Virus record (IMG/VR): IMGVR_UViG_3300028840_004475
Span: 83,748 to 147,747 of that record
Reading direction: 5' to 3' (one strand)
From: a virus
Length of the DNA: 64,000 nt
A program made the position numbers and the translations under genes. Shown piece after piece: positions 43,852 to 53,394 of the stretch. The notes below the pieces were generated by a model. That model saw nothing but the letters and a program-made list of their open reading frames with translations. It searched no databases and was not told the origin of the DNA. Position 1 is the stretch's first letter. Each line of letters begins with the position of its first letter.

Positions 43852-44501
43852 TCGAAGTCCTCAGGTATGGGTCCGACTGCCATCGCAGCGTACAGACAGA
43901 TGGCTACTGGAACTCTACGTGGACCGGGACGCGGAATGTCGCATTCCACGAGTGTGAAGTTCGGCTTGTCACAGCAGTTGGTGTCCGGCGGCATGGCTTT
44001 GCACGGCTCACTCTTGTGGCCGCAGCTCTCGCACATCACCTGCCAGCGTCCGTCAACCATGTCAGCGCCAGTGAGTATCGTGGTGGTGGTCGCAGAACAC
44101 CATGCAGTTTGCGCCTGAGATACCATCTGGAGGCTTGTCCAGCAGTGTCATGTCCAGGTCAAGCTGCGAAGCGTATTGCCGTGCCAGCTGCTCCATGTGC
44201 GCAACCATGTCCTCATTGTGCGCCTGGAATTTGACGTAGCTGCCCATCATGACGTGCACGAGAGCACGCACGACGATCTTTGTCGTACGGCCGGTACCTC
44301 TCCTGACATCCATGAAGGCACCCTCGAGCCCATCGCATGCCACACGACTCTTGAACTGCGCGGTCACGACCTCTGCGGCGTACTCGTCGAAGGGCTGGAG
44401 GCCCAATTCCTCTGCGAGGATCTTGATCAGGTCGTCATCGTTCTTGTTCTCGAGAAGCTCACGCAGCTTGCGGTGAGCAACGATTAGTCGACGTGCCTCA
44501 C

Positions 44502-45608
44502 TCATGACTGCCTCCAGTCCCCGCACCTCATGCAGCGGTCGCGCATCCTGCCTTCCCTGGAGTCCCATCCCTTGTAGATGGTACCGCCACATGGACACTT
44601 GCTCTTATCGTGTCCGCAGAGTGGACACGGAGCGTCGCCCTCTCTGATCATCGTTGCCAACTTGCCAGGGACAGCACCAAGACATGCGATACAGTGTCTG
44701 TGATGTGGTTCTTCATGTTCATTGAGTTTGTAGTGGCCCAGGAGGCCATTGAACCTCACGCCGACGATTCTGTCGACCTGACGCGCTTTCTCGTGAGCCT
44801 CAGCGATATCGACCAAAGCCTCGCGGTCGACTTCCTCCTGTATCGAATCGACGAGCCCTTCGACAGCTTCATCGTACCTGGCGATGACGTCGTAGTCCTC
44901 TGGCGGACTGACTGGCAACTTCTTTGTGGTCCCGCTCAGTTCTTTGCACTTCTCAACCATTTCACCACTGAGACGCAGTGCTTCCTCTGCGAGCATGGAA
45001 GAGCAACCGACTGAACGTCCCTTGTAGACAGTCTTGTAATCGCGTGTGTCCTCCAGCATCTTGCGCTGGTAATCGTACATTTCGACTCGTTGAAAAGTCG
45101 GCTTGCCGACACCGCGCTCTCCACTCCAGTAGTGGAACCAACCACGGTACTCTTCCTCGAGGTGGCATCGTTCCTTGTTGAGTGGGCACTCTTCACACAT
45201 GACTAAGCGGCAGTTCCACTTACCCTCATCGTCATTGCAACTGTTCAGGAGGCGCCACCCGGTGGTGTCGATTGGCGTGCCGTCGCTGTCGCGCAGCTCA
45301 GGAATCGCAGGTTGCGCTGGAACGAAACCAAGGTCTTCGTAGAAGTACTCGTGGATTTCCCCATCCGATGGGTGACCGAAGATCACGTCGGCGTGGTCAT
45401 CGTACCTACGAAGGACGATGCCGATTTTGCCAGCGCCTGGGCCGCAGGTAGGGATTACTCTGTCTCCCAATCCGATTGGATACTTGGACATGTATTCCTC
45501 CGGGACTCTCAGCGCGCTGAAGACGAGCTGGTTCATGTATTCCAAGACCTGATTCATGTGCCATGACTTGTAGGCCGCATGAAATCTGGACTTGCCGTAC
45601 TCAGCCAT
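44502..45608 (-). CDS. Protein with C-terminal double zinc ribbon (paralogue 2)
   Basis: CIAC..I.EG..PCPLC...CPC...RCMRC. Confidence 0.65.
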   Translation of the reverse strand: MAEYGKSRFHAAYKSWHMNQVLEYMNQLVFSALRVPEEYMSKYPIGLGDRVIPTCGPGAGKIGIVLRRYDDHADVIFGHPSDGEIHEYFYEDLGFVPAQPAIPELRDSDGTPIDTTGWRLLNSCNDDEGKWNCRLVMCEECPLNKERCHLEEEYRGWFHYWSGERGVGKPTFQRVEMYDYQRKMLEDTRDYKTVYKGRSVGCSSMLAEEALRLSGEMVEKCKELSGTTKKLPVSPPEDYDVIARYDEAVEGLVDSIQEEVDREALVDIAEAHEKARQVDRIVGVRFNGLLGHYKLNEHEEPHHRHCIACLGAVPGKLATMIREGDAPCPLCGHDKSKCPCGGTIYKGWDSREGRMRDRCMRCGDWRQS

Positions 45609-45836
45609 CTACCACGACCGCCACGTCGCTTCCCTGTCCATGTTGCGCTTCGCAGTGCGCGCGATCTCTCGAGTTCGGAAGACGTCGCCGTTGCGATAGG
45701 TGTCTGTACCGGCGCCTTCGACCTTGACCTTGACGCGCGAGCCACCACACATCGTGTCCACGACCCTGCCCTTGACCGGCCCGGGACGAAGAACCCACAC
45801 CTGCTGATGAATACGGAACATGCTTCCTCCTATTCC

Positions 45837-45879
45837 CTTGTACACCAAGGGAGAGAATTTTTTGCTAGGAAATGGCTAG
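45837..45879 (-). promoter_or_regulatory. Phage promoter-like motif (CTAG-N7-CTAG-N22-TACAAG)
   Basis: Repeated motif. Confidence 0.7.
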
Positions 45880-45915
45880 GAAAGGTTCAGATAGGCAAGA
45901 CTGTGCACAGATAGG

Positions 45916-46296
45916 CTAGCTCAGGAATGGGACCGGCATCCCGAGCATCGACTTGACGACCACGAGGTACAGGACATCCTTGGCCTTCTGCTGCGCCGGC
46001 AGGTCGCTGTAGGGGCACATGCACGGGTGAATCTTCTTCTCGACGTCCTTGTCGGGACCGTAGACCCAGCCGTCCTCTTCCTTCACCTTGAGCCAGTTCT
46101 GGTGGCTGCCCTCCGGCGTCGTGTGGGGGTTGTCGATGACGTTGCGAACGCCGTTGATGGCGCTCTCCTTCTGCCAGTCGTCTGCCTTCTCCCAGGGTCC
46201 TTGTGTGTTGTCGCCGAGCGCGACACAGAACTGCCAGTTGACGTTGTGTGCAGCCTTTGCTGCGGCAATGATGGTCTCTTCGTCGTACGGGTTCAT
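45916..46296 (-). CDS. RyR-domain protein
   Basis: H.NW...K..DGWVYG..KD..KK.HPCM.PY..LP..QK.KD. Confidence 0.85.
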   Translation of the reverse strand: MNPYDEETIIAAAKAAHNVNWQFCVALGDNTQGPWEKADDWQKESAINGVRNVIDNPHTTPEGSHQNWLKVKEEDGWVYGPDKDVEKKIHPCMCPYSDLPAQQKAKDVLYLVVVKSMLGMPVPFLS

Positions 46297-46297
46297 C

Positions 46298-46708
46298 CTA
46301 TCCCCTTTGCTTGGTTTTGATCTTACAGCCGTCTACAAGAAGGCACCCATCAATGCAAGTGCCATTTGTTTCATCGTAATTCCCCAAGCAACTCTCATCT
46401 GCATCTTCATCGTGCAGGATCATGAGCATGTCTTGGATGGCATCAGAAGCTGACCCACCACCGTTGTCGCTGGCTTGGATGGCTCGCTTGATGCGGTCCT
46501 TGTCGATGCACCACAGACAACCCTTCTCCTCGTCCAAGCACTCGAGTGGGTGACCACACTGGAGCGGCTCCTGCAGGGCTTCAGCGAGACAGCGTAGACC
46601 TGCCGCAGGATTTGTCCTCACCAAAGAGCGCAAACGCTTGATGGTGTTCTTCAGTTCTGCGTTTTCACTTTTGATCTTCTCGATGTCCTCGCCGCACGGT
46701 TCAGTCAT
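46298..46708 (-). CDS. Hypothetical protein
   Basis: Coiled coil plus CGH...CLWC. Confidence 0.5.
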   Translation of the reverse strand: MTEPCGEDIEKIKSENAELKNTIKRLRSLVRTNPAAGLRCLAEALQEPLQCGHPLECLDEEKGCLWCIDKDRIKRAIQASDNGGGSASDAIQDMLMILHDEDADESCLGNYDETNGTCIDGCLLVDGCKIKTKQRG

Positions 46709-46950
46709 CGCCTTCTCCCGACCGGTCCACGTCTCCACGGCTGTGTGTGACCGATACCGCGTCCTCTACCCTTGCGACGCAGTTCTAGGTATCGCGTCCA
46801 CGTCTCTTTTGGACTGCAGGAGAACTGCACTGCGGCATCGCTCCAGATCTTGTCGTGGTGGCTGTCCAAGTAGGTCCATGGTCTGTCGCCGTGTTCACGA
46901 ACGAATGCGATCAGTTTCGCGTCAAGCTCATCTGTCCAGACGAGTTTCAT
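46705..46950 (-). CDS. Small Myb/SANT-like helical protein
   Basis: WTDELD.KL...V..HG...W.......W...A........ETW.RY. Confidence 0.5.
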   Translation of the reverse strand: MKLVWTDELDAKLIAFVREHGDRPWTYLDSHHDKIWSDAAVQFSCSPKETWTRYLELRRKGRGRGIGHTQPWRRGPVGRRR

Positions 46951-48122
46951 CGGCTGTCTGGTCCATGGAAGTCAGAGTTCATCTTGCGCTTCGGCTTCTC
47001 ATCGAGCTGTGAGTTGTTGCAGTCCTGACAGGTGGGGATGCCAGGGTAGCGCATGTAGACAAGGCCGTTGCAGTTCTTCCACCGACACCGGTGTGGTGAC
47101 TTCTGCGGTTTGCACGCACTCTCAGGACACGGCATCTCACCACGGTTGATCGCATGCGCGATTGCCTCTGGGTAGAGCATCCCGCAGCACTTCGTCTCAT
47201 CGACTGGTGTTTCAGGATCGAGCTTGATGGAGTCGCAACGCTCCTGCTCATAGTCGTACCGAGGTTCGAAGGTACCGCTGACAATTCGCTGCTGCTCTTT
47301 GGGGATCGTGACACCGTTGGAAGGAACTTCCTTCAGGCCCTTGCAGTCGAAGCCCTTCTCAGTCAACCAGATCTTGCCGACCTCGAAGGTCCCTACTCCT
47401 TCGACGATGACCTTGGCGTCACGACCTACGAGCCTACGACAAGACGGAGTCGCTGGTTGTCTCGCATGCTCTTTCATCATCTCAGTAAAGTCGATGATGT
47501 CTTGCATGGGATCGCTTGTTTGGTTCTCCCATGACTCAGCTGCTTTGAAAAGATTGCACGGCACTGCCTCACCAATTGGTATTTCGTCGTGCCTCTTGAA
47601 AGTCCTGGTGAGTGGGCTGATGTACTCGTGTGGCCAGTGCGAAACATAGCCATCTTCGAACTTGAGTAGGACAGCTTCGTCGCCATCGAAAGCAACAATC
47701 CTAGCGCCGCCATGGAAGTGTTTGCGCATGGCGTCATTCGGACTCCAAATTGAAGTCCCACCATGTCGTGTAACGCTTTCCCATGGCCACGCCACGACAA
47801 AGTCATTAAGCTTGAATCCATGGTCAAGCTTTTGGTCAGGCCAGTTCTGTCTCTCGAGACGCTTGAGGCATTCCTTCTGCTTTCTGTACGTCAATTGCCG
47901 CACAGCATCTTTTTCCTCCCGGTACTTGCCGTTGTCCAGGCCCAAAGCATTCATCATTTCACGTGCGAATTGTGAGCACAGTGAGCGTTCCTTGTCGGTA
48001 CGCGGATGCGCGTTGCCAGTCCTTGGGTGAACCTCTCTGCAGACAGAGCGATCGTGCTCTTCGGTCCAGACGTAGTATTTGAGCCACAGCTCGAAACCAA
48101 GTTGAGCTTCGCGTCGACTCAT
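46947..48122 (-). CDS. Protein with C-terminal double zinc ribbon (paralogue 3)
   Basis: CCG..I.RG..PCP..C...CRW.NC...CQDC. Confidence 0.65.
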   Translation of the reverse strand: MSRREAQLGFELWLKYYVWTEEHDRSVCREVHPRTGNAHPRTDKERSLCSQFAREMMNALGLDNGKYREEKDAVRQLTYRKQKECLKRLERQNWPDQKLDHGFKLNDFVVAWPWESVTRHGGTSIWSPNDAMRKHFHGGARIVAFDGDEAVLLKFEDGYVSHWPHEYISPLTRTFKRHDEIPIGEAVPCNLFKAAESWENQTSDPMQDIIDFTEMMKEHARQPATPSCRRLVGRDAKVIVEGVGTFEVGKIWLTEKGFDCKGLKEVPSNGVTIPKEQQRIVSGTFEPRYDYEQERCDSIKLDPETPVDETKCCGMLYPEAIAHAINRGEMPCPESACKPQKSPHRCRWKNCNGLVYMRYPGIPTCQDCNNSQLDEKPKRKMNSDFHGPDSR

Positions 48123-48142
48123 GGTTCACCTCCAGTCAACCT

Positions 48143-48185
48143 AATGTACCCCGACACAGCACAAGACTTGCTAGGAAATGGCTAG
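48143..48185 (-). promoter_or_regulatory. Phage promoter-like motif (CTAG-N7-CTAG-N22-TACATT)
   Basis: Repeated motif; may also serve the divergent ORF at 48230. Confidence 0.7.
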
Positions 48186-48229
48186 AAAGTGGGTGTCACG
48201 CTTCTGCGTATTACCTCTAGGAGGTCAAC

Positions 48230-48415
48230 ATGCGGAAGCGGACCAGGAAGGAAGTGCAGGAGCTGTTCAGGGAAGCTGCCAGTGTCACACCGGGGCCGGT
48301 CAACTCAAGGCGCCGACCCGATCTCGATCCCTACGAGACCCCGGGAGCGTTCCAACATCGCCTAGCCCTGGGTGTACCACGACGGTGGTACAAAAGTGCC
48401 TATATGCAAAAATAG
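48230..48415 (+). CDS. Small basic hypothetical protein
   Basis: AGGAGG SD. Confidence 0.5.
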   Translation: MRKRTRKEVQELFREAASVTPGPVNSRRRPDLDPYETPGAFQHRLALGVPRRWYKSAYMQK

Positions 48416-48421
48416 GTACGT

Positions 48422-49255
48422 TTAGTCGAGTTCTGGCAGGATATCAGCGAGACGCCCCTTCATCTCGCGAGCCGTCTTCTCCATCCGCTCCCAGGAGCTG
48501 ACGAGCATGCCAATGTCATCGTAGCGGCCGAGGAGTGCCTTCCCGAGCTTGTACGCCTTCACAACGCCATCGATGTCTCTGAGCCACGAAGAGCGGCCCA
48601 TCAAGTCGATCCCGGTCTTTTCCTTCCACTCCTCGAGAACCTTCCGCATGCCGTCGTTGGAGCGCTTCAGGAATTGCGTCTCTCGAGGTACCTCTGCCTT
48701 CCCTCTCTCTTCTGCGGCCTTGACCCTGTCTTCGATGTCCTCGACGCGTATCCAGCCAGTTCTCCCGGCAACGAGCTTGTTGTTCGTCGCCCTCATCACT
48801 GCAGCTACGAAAGGTCGCGTGAGAGGTTCGGCCTTCGTAGTCTCTGCCTTCTTGACAGTGCGGAGTCCACCCTTCTTCCCAGGGACCATGAGGCCCCAGG
48901 CCGGCGGTAGCTCGATGTCCACGTCCTGGATGAGACCTTCCGGTGCCACGATCCACCACTCGTCGCAGAACTTGGCAATGACCTCGGCCTTCATGGGATC
49001 CGCGGCTTCACGGCGGTAGTCGTGCTTGCTGACCTTGATCTCGAAGCCACGCAGGACGAGCCCTCGAGACGGCCACAGGGACATTGCTAGAGCGTCTGCA
49101 CGGCGCCCTGCAGCGCCGCCGGTGCCCTGGCCTACCTCTGGGAAGCACGCCCACTCAGGCGGCTCGTGAGTGGCTTCTATGAGATCGTACAGCTGACCAG
49201 CTGAGTACTTCTTGACGATCGGCTTTGGAGTGCGCCGTACTTTACGCGCGGTCAT
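48422..49255 (-). CDS. MmcB-like PD-(D/E)xK nuclease
   Basis: EV...RRADALA..W.S.G..L.GFEIKVSK.D. Confidence 0.75.
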   Translation of the reverse strand: MTARKVRRTPKPIVKKYSAGQLYDLIEATHEPPEWACFPEVGQGTGGAAGRRADALAMSLWPSRGLVLRGFEIKVSKHDYRREAADPMKAEVIAKFCDEWWIVAPEGLIQDVDIELPPAWGLMVPGKKGGLRTVKKAETTKAEPLTRPFVAAVMRATNNKLVAGRTGWIRVEDIEDRVKAAEERGKAEVPRETQFLKRSNDGMRKVLEEWKEKTGIDLMGRSSWLRDIDGVVKAYKLGKALLGRYDDIGMLVSSWERMEKTAREMKGRLADILPELD

Positions 49256-49587
49256 GTCTCCCCTTTCACCGCCTGAAACCGATTTCTCCGTGTACTACAC
49301 AAGCCTACTCTTACCCTGCTCGTTCGCGAAGGCGAGAACGGCACCGGCCATGTGGTGGGCGAACTCCTTGGCCTCGGCCTCCGTCTTGAAGAGGAATGCC
49401 GGCGTGTAGACCGAGCACTCATCGAACACATCGATCCTGCCAATGCCAGAGTTCAGCTGCTTGCCGCCGAGAGCCTCAGCGCCAGTCTTCTCAACCCAGG
49501 TGGGCTCGTTATTGTCGCCTTCACCGCTCATGTGTCACCTCCTGCACACATATACAGCGGCAACACAGATTTTTGTCCAGAGCTAAC

Positions 49588-49887
49588 TCAGGCTGCCTCG
49601 GCTTCCTCGAGCAGGAAGTGCTGCCAAGCATCCGAGATCAACTTCTCCTGATCCTCCATGGTAACTGGGTAGATCTCCACCCCGCTTTCGGTCACGGGGC
49701 CCACGATCATCCTCTTCTTCGTCATGTGCAACTTACCCCGCAAATGGCTGCGCAATGCGTACAGCACAGTGCAGCCATACACCCTGTTGTCGTAGCTCTG
49801 GGCGCTCTTCGGAGCCGCAGCCAGCACCAGTTGCTTCGACTGCAGGTACGGCACCTCTCCCTTCAGCGCCTGTTTCAACTTCTCCAT
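49588..49887 (-). CDS. Hypothetical protein
   Basis: SD present; clean ORF. Confidence 0.45.
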   Translation of the reverse strand: MEKLKQALKGEVPYLQSKQLVLAAAPKSAQSYDNRVYGCTVLYALRSHLRGKLHMTKKRMIVGPVTESGVEIYPVTMEDQEKLISDAWQHFLLEEAEAA

Positions 49888-50270
49888 GTCGATTCTTCCC
49901 TCGAGCATCGCATACCTCAGCGGAGGAGGTTGTACCGCGAGAAGTGCCTCCGCACTTCTTCTCGTGGCCGGGGATGGATCCCGATGGCTGTGGCTTCGTC
50001 GTCCATGTCCGGCTCGCGGATCAGGACGTGATCAATCTGATGGAAGGTCAGCTTGTCGTGGAGCTTGAGGAGATCGGCCTCTCGGCCGACGCCAAGAACG
50101 ACTGCGTACGTCCCCGGTGGAGCCGGGGTCTGCTCTGCTGCATGTACGAGTTGGGCGGCCTGCGCGCCTCGTGGAAGATCGTCACGGACTACGCAGTAGT
50201 GATAGAGCGGCTGGCTGTCATGGCTTCATGATGCACCTCTGACCCTATGGTAACCGCCTGACAGGTGGTG

Positions 50271-50837
50271 TCAAGCCCTCAGGCGCAGTTGCTCCACGAA
50301 GAACGGCAGGAGCGAGTCCTGCAGGATGATGAACTGGGCAGTCGGTCTGTAGGTGATGTATTCGTACATCTCACCCTGGAAGAAATCGTGTAGGTCGCCG
50401 CTGACATTGTCATATGCGACCTCGATGCCCCTGTCATCGGCCTCCTTGATGAACTCCTCCAGCGCCTCCATCAGAGCCATGTAGTCGCCGTTCTCTCCAT
50501 GTTCTCCAACGTCCTCATGGATCGCGTCGGCGATGGCCTTCTTCGTCGCCTCGAGGTCCAGCTCTTTCGTGCCGTTTACACCCTTGCAGTACCCGAGCTT
50601 ACCGGCCAGGTAGTGACAGTCACCACGCCTGATGAACTCTGTCAGTGTGGGGCACCCCAGGGCATCGATGTTCCAGCGATGCGTCCAGTCACCCCAGTCA
50701 CTGGTGATGAAGAATTCACCGGTGGCATCGTTCACTGTGAAGATGGCCCACCCACGCTTGAACCTGAAGCTGTACACGTCAGCTGTTCCAAGCGTAGAAG
50801 ATGCCAGCTCCAGCTTCGGAAGGATAACGTCTCCCAT
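50271..50837 (-). CDS. Hypothetical phage protein
   Basis: I.SDWG.W...W, YL..KL; start placed after the tRNA-like element (SD AAGGGGAG). Confidence 0.6.
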   Translation of the reverse strand: MGDVILPKLELASSTLGTADVYSFRFKRGWAIFTVNDATGEFFITSDWGDWTHRWNIDALGCPTLTEFIRRGDCHYLAGKLGYCKGVNGTKELDLEATKKAIADAIHEDVGEHGENGDYMALMEALEEFIKEADDRGIEVAYDNVSGDLHDFFQGEMYEYITYRPTAQFIILQDSLLPFFVEQLRLRA

Positions 50838-50854
50838 GAACTCCCCTTTGTTGA

Positions 50855-50930
50855 CACCCGCGGTGGGACTCGAACCCACGACCTCCCAGGTCCATAGGCT
50901 GGGCACTCTACCGAACTGAGCTACGCGGGT
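50855..50930 (-). tRNA. tRNA-like element with 9-nt anticodon loop CCTATGGAC (copy A)
   Basis: ACCCGCG/CGCGGGT acceptor, canonical D arm, CCCAG/CTGGG, GTGGGTTCGAGTCCCAC. Confidence 0.8.
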
Positions 50931-51130
50931 TCACCTGGATGCCAGTCCCACTCCCACTGCCGATTGACGAGCTTGCCGTCGACTATGTCGTACGAGTAGC
51001 AAGCCATCGAACCGTAGTCTCCCTTGTACACGTCCGCTTCCTTCGCAGAATCGCAGGCGACTAGAACTGAGGCATCGTCTGTGCCCGCATTACCACAAGC
51101 ACGCCCATCGTAGAGGATCCACATCTTCAT
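50921..51130 (-). CDS. Hypothetical protein
   Basis: Coupled ORF; stop lies inside the tRNA-like element. Confidence 0.5.
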   Translation of the reverse strand: MKMWILYDGRACGNAGTDDASVLVACDSAKEADVYKGDYGSMACYSYDIVDGKLVNRQWEWDWHPGEPA

Positions 51131-51621
51131 GGGTCATCCGTTGTGTAGGCATCGTCATCGGACAGTGCGTAGAGCGCCCACTCACCGCCCTGTGACACAA
51201 CGTATCCATCGCCGTCGCATCGGTCACAGCTCGGCCATGGACTATCTTTCACGTTCCCAGTGAATTCCCACTTCTGCTTCTGTGGGTCATCGTCTTGTAC
51301 CCACTTGCCATGGCAGTGGCACTCACGATCGGTCGTGGCCAAGCTGCCATGTGCGATCAGCTTGCGCGTCCACTCGTCTTCCACGTAGCTAGCAGGCCAC
51401 TCTGTCTCCCTGAAGTGACCGTCTTGGGGAGCGAAGGCGTACACGTGGAGACCGTACTTCCAGTAGTCAACACCGTCACGGATCCACGGAACACAGTCGG
51501 GATCGGGGTCATCCCAAATGAAGCAGCCTAGACCTTGCAGGCCTTCGGGTGGGTTCTCGAAGGTGTAGCCACCACCGTCCAGGTCGTAGCCATTGTTGAG
51601 CTGTCTGATGACGTCATCCAC
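51127..51621 (-). CDS. Hypothetical protein with Zn ribbon
   Basis: CHC...CDRCDGDG; GTG start with AGGAG SD. Confidence 0.55.
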   Translation of the reverse strand: MDDVIRQLNNGYDLDGGGYTFENPPEGLQGLGCFIWDDPDPDCVPWIRDGVDYWKYGLHVYAFAPQDGHFRETEWPASYVEDEWTRKLIAHGSLATTDRECHCHGKWVQDDDPQKQKWEFTGNVKDSPWPSCDRCDGDGYVVSQGGEWALYALSDDDAYTTDDP

Positions 51622-51635
51622 ACTCTCTCCTGTTG

Positions 51636-51711
51636 CGCCCGCGGCGGGACTCGAACCCGCGACCTCCAAGGTCCATAGGCTTGGCACTCTACCTTGCTGA
51701 GCTACGCGGGC
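51636..51711 (-). tRNA. tRNA-like element with 9-nt anticodon loop CCTATGGAC (copy B)
   Basis: GCCCGCG/CGCGGGC, CCAAG/CTTGG, GCGGGTTCGAGTCCCGC. Confidence 0.8.
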
Positions 51712-52125
51712 TCACCTATCGCGCAGTTCAGGGATCACGTTCTCAGCGCCGGCTTGTATCGACTTGAGACACTCCGCTGCTCCCTGCAGTTCAGTTCGAT
51801 TGGAGTACTTGGCCATGTAGTGGATATCGGTGATGGCCTGCTGCAGGTAGTCGACGATCTCCAATATCTTGTCGGCCTCGGCACGGTCGCTCTCCTTCTC
51901 TTCCTCTGATAGGTCGACATACGGCGTCTCCATCTGACGCATCCACCGGTCCTTCGCCCAAGCCGGGATCACAGCCGGCACACCCGGTGTGTAGTGCTCC
52001 TCGCCGGTATCAGAACTGACAGACGGGCCAGCGTGGCGACCGCACTGCTTGAAGACGTACCGCATCCACCCTGACCAAGCATCGTGTGCGTATTCGGCCA
52101 GCAGCTCTCTGACGCTCATGTACAT
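51712..52125 (-). CDS. RyR-like domain protein (paralogue of 53395..53829)
   Basis: AEYAHDAWSGWMRY...RW.RQ..TPY.DL.EEEKESDR. Confidence 0.65.
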   Translation of the reverse strand: MYMSVRELLAEYAHDAWSGWMRYVFKQCGRHAGPSVSSDTGEEHYTPGVPAVIPAWAKDRWMRQMETPYVDLSEEEKESDRAEADKILEIVDYLQQAITDIHYMAKYSNRTELQGAAECLKSIQAGAENVIPELRDR

Positions 52126-52261
52126 TGTTCCCTCCAGAAGAGAGCGGGTAGGATGGCGCCTTTCCTACGGTCCAGCTATGCTGGCAGACGGATCGATTGT
52201 CCCCGGCCGGGGCACGCCCACCGCCTCAACGCAACCCGTTGCGCACGCCGCTCTCAATAAA

Positions 52262-52304
52262 GATGTACCACGACAGTGAGGTATATTTGCTAGGAAATTA
52301 CTAC
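52262..52304 (-). promoter_or_regulatory. Phage promoter-like motif (GTAG-N7-CTAG-N22-TACATC)
   Basis: Repeated motif. Confidence 0.65.
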
Positions 52305-52535
52305 TTAGTATTCAGTTCCCAGGATGAAGTGGTCAGTCGAACGCCCCAGCGCCCAAGCTAAACGACCAACGATGTGGGCTGTCGGTTCACGGTACCCGCG
52401 TTCGAGCTGGCCCAAGTACGAGTCGTTGATCCCGGTGACACGAGACAACTCGCGGTGCGTCCACCCCAACTCGAGGCGTCTAGTCCTGAGACGCAGGCCG
52501 AGGCCCGGTGTCTTGGCAGTGCGCTTGACGGTCAC
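52305..52535 (-). CDS. XRE-family HTH regulator
   Basis: LG.RLR.RR...GWT..ELS..TGI..SYL.QLERG.REP. Confidence 0.88.
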   Translation of the reverse strand: MTVKRTAKTPGLGLRLRTRRLELGWTHRELSRVTGINDSYLGQLERGYREPTAHIVGRLAWALGRSTDHFILGTEY

Positions 52536-52536
52536 G

Positions 52537-52854
52537 TCAGTCCCCGTCGCGCAGCTTTTCCAATCGCTTCACTTCGAACTCCTGAGCCACTCTCCACATG
52601 CACGAAAAGCAGACTTCAGTTGATTTCTCGTTGATGACGATGGCGCCGAAGCCTCCACAGACACGGCATTCACCGTTCCGTTTCCCCTCGCGCAAGGAGT
52701 CGACCTCCTGCGCCAGTGCTAGCACGAGTCCATCCCCACAGAGATCGCGCCACTCCTCACCGTAACGAAGAGCCCGCAGACTACCGTCCTCTTCTTGGAT
52801 GACGGTGTACTTGTCGTTGTAGACGCTGACCCTGAGCAGCTCGGCCATGGTCAC
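52537..52854 (-). CDS. Hypothetical protein
   Basis: KYTVI......ALRYGE.WRD. Confidence 0.55.
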   Translation of the reverse strand: MTMAELLRVSVYNDKYTVIQEEDGSLRALRYGEEWRDLCGDGLVLALAQEVDSLREGKRNGECRVCGGFGAIVINEKSTEVCFSCMWRVAQEFEVKRLEKLRDGD

Positions 52855-53165
52855 TCCTCAGCGAAAGCGAACGTCGGGCGCTCGCCGCCATCAGCATAGA
52901 TCACGATGACAGGGTTGAGCTGGAAGAGGCCACCGCCTGCATAGTTGCATGGCTGCTTCTTGCCGCCCATGTCATTGCCAGACCCGAGACGCCTGCCAAT
53001 GCACGAGAACGCGAACTCACCTTCGCTTGCACCGGCATTTTTCCAGTCTGCTACACTGGCGACGTGACCGCAGCTGGGACACACGAACTTCCAGTTCATG
53101 GGATCGTCACCGAACAGCTCGCGGCCCTTCGCGCACCAGTCCTCGTGTGCAATCTTGACGGCCAT
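52851..53165 (-). CDS. Cys-rich phage protein (VVA0879-like)
   Basis: W...G..LFG.D...WKFVCP.CG, CIGR, C.Y..GGLF. Confidence 0.65.
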   Translation of the reverse strand: MAVKIAHEDWCAKGRELFGDDPMNWKFVCPSCGHVASVADWKNAGASEGEFAFSCIGRRLGSGNDMGGKKQPCNYAGGGLFQLNPVIVIYADGGERPTFAFAEE

Positions 53166-53394
53166 CTCTAGTCCACGATCTCTACAGTGTGCTTGCAGAG
53201 ACGGAAGGTTGGATTCATACCATCTTCTTCGTCGTAGCCGTTCAGCTCTTTGGCGGCCTTCTTCATCTCGGCCTTCTGTGCCTTGGCGTTGGGGGCTTTA
53301 CTCTCCTCCCACCAGTAGTCCCAGCCGCCAGGTCGGTCAATCTGTCGCCTAGCGACCGTATAGAAGGTGCGCTTCTTGACACCACGATAGGTAC

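Noticed and set aside
50271-51687. Shared N-terminal peptide MPSLWT.EV.GSSP in two ORFs as a protein motif
   Set aside because: It is the translation of the twin tRNA-like elements. The real starts lie downstream, after SD sequences.
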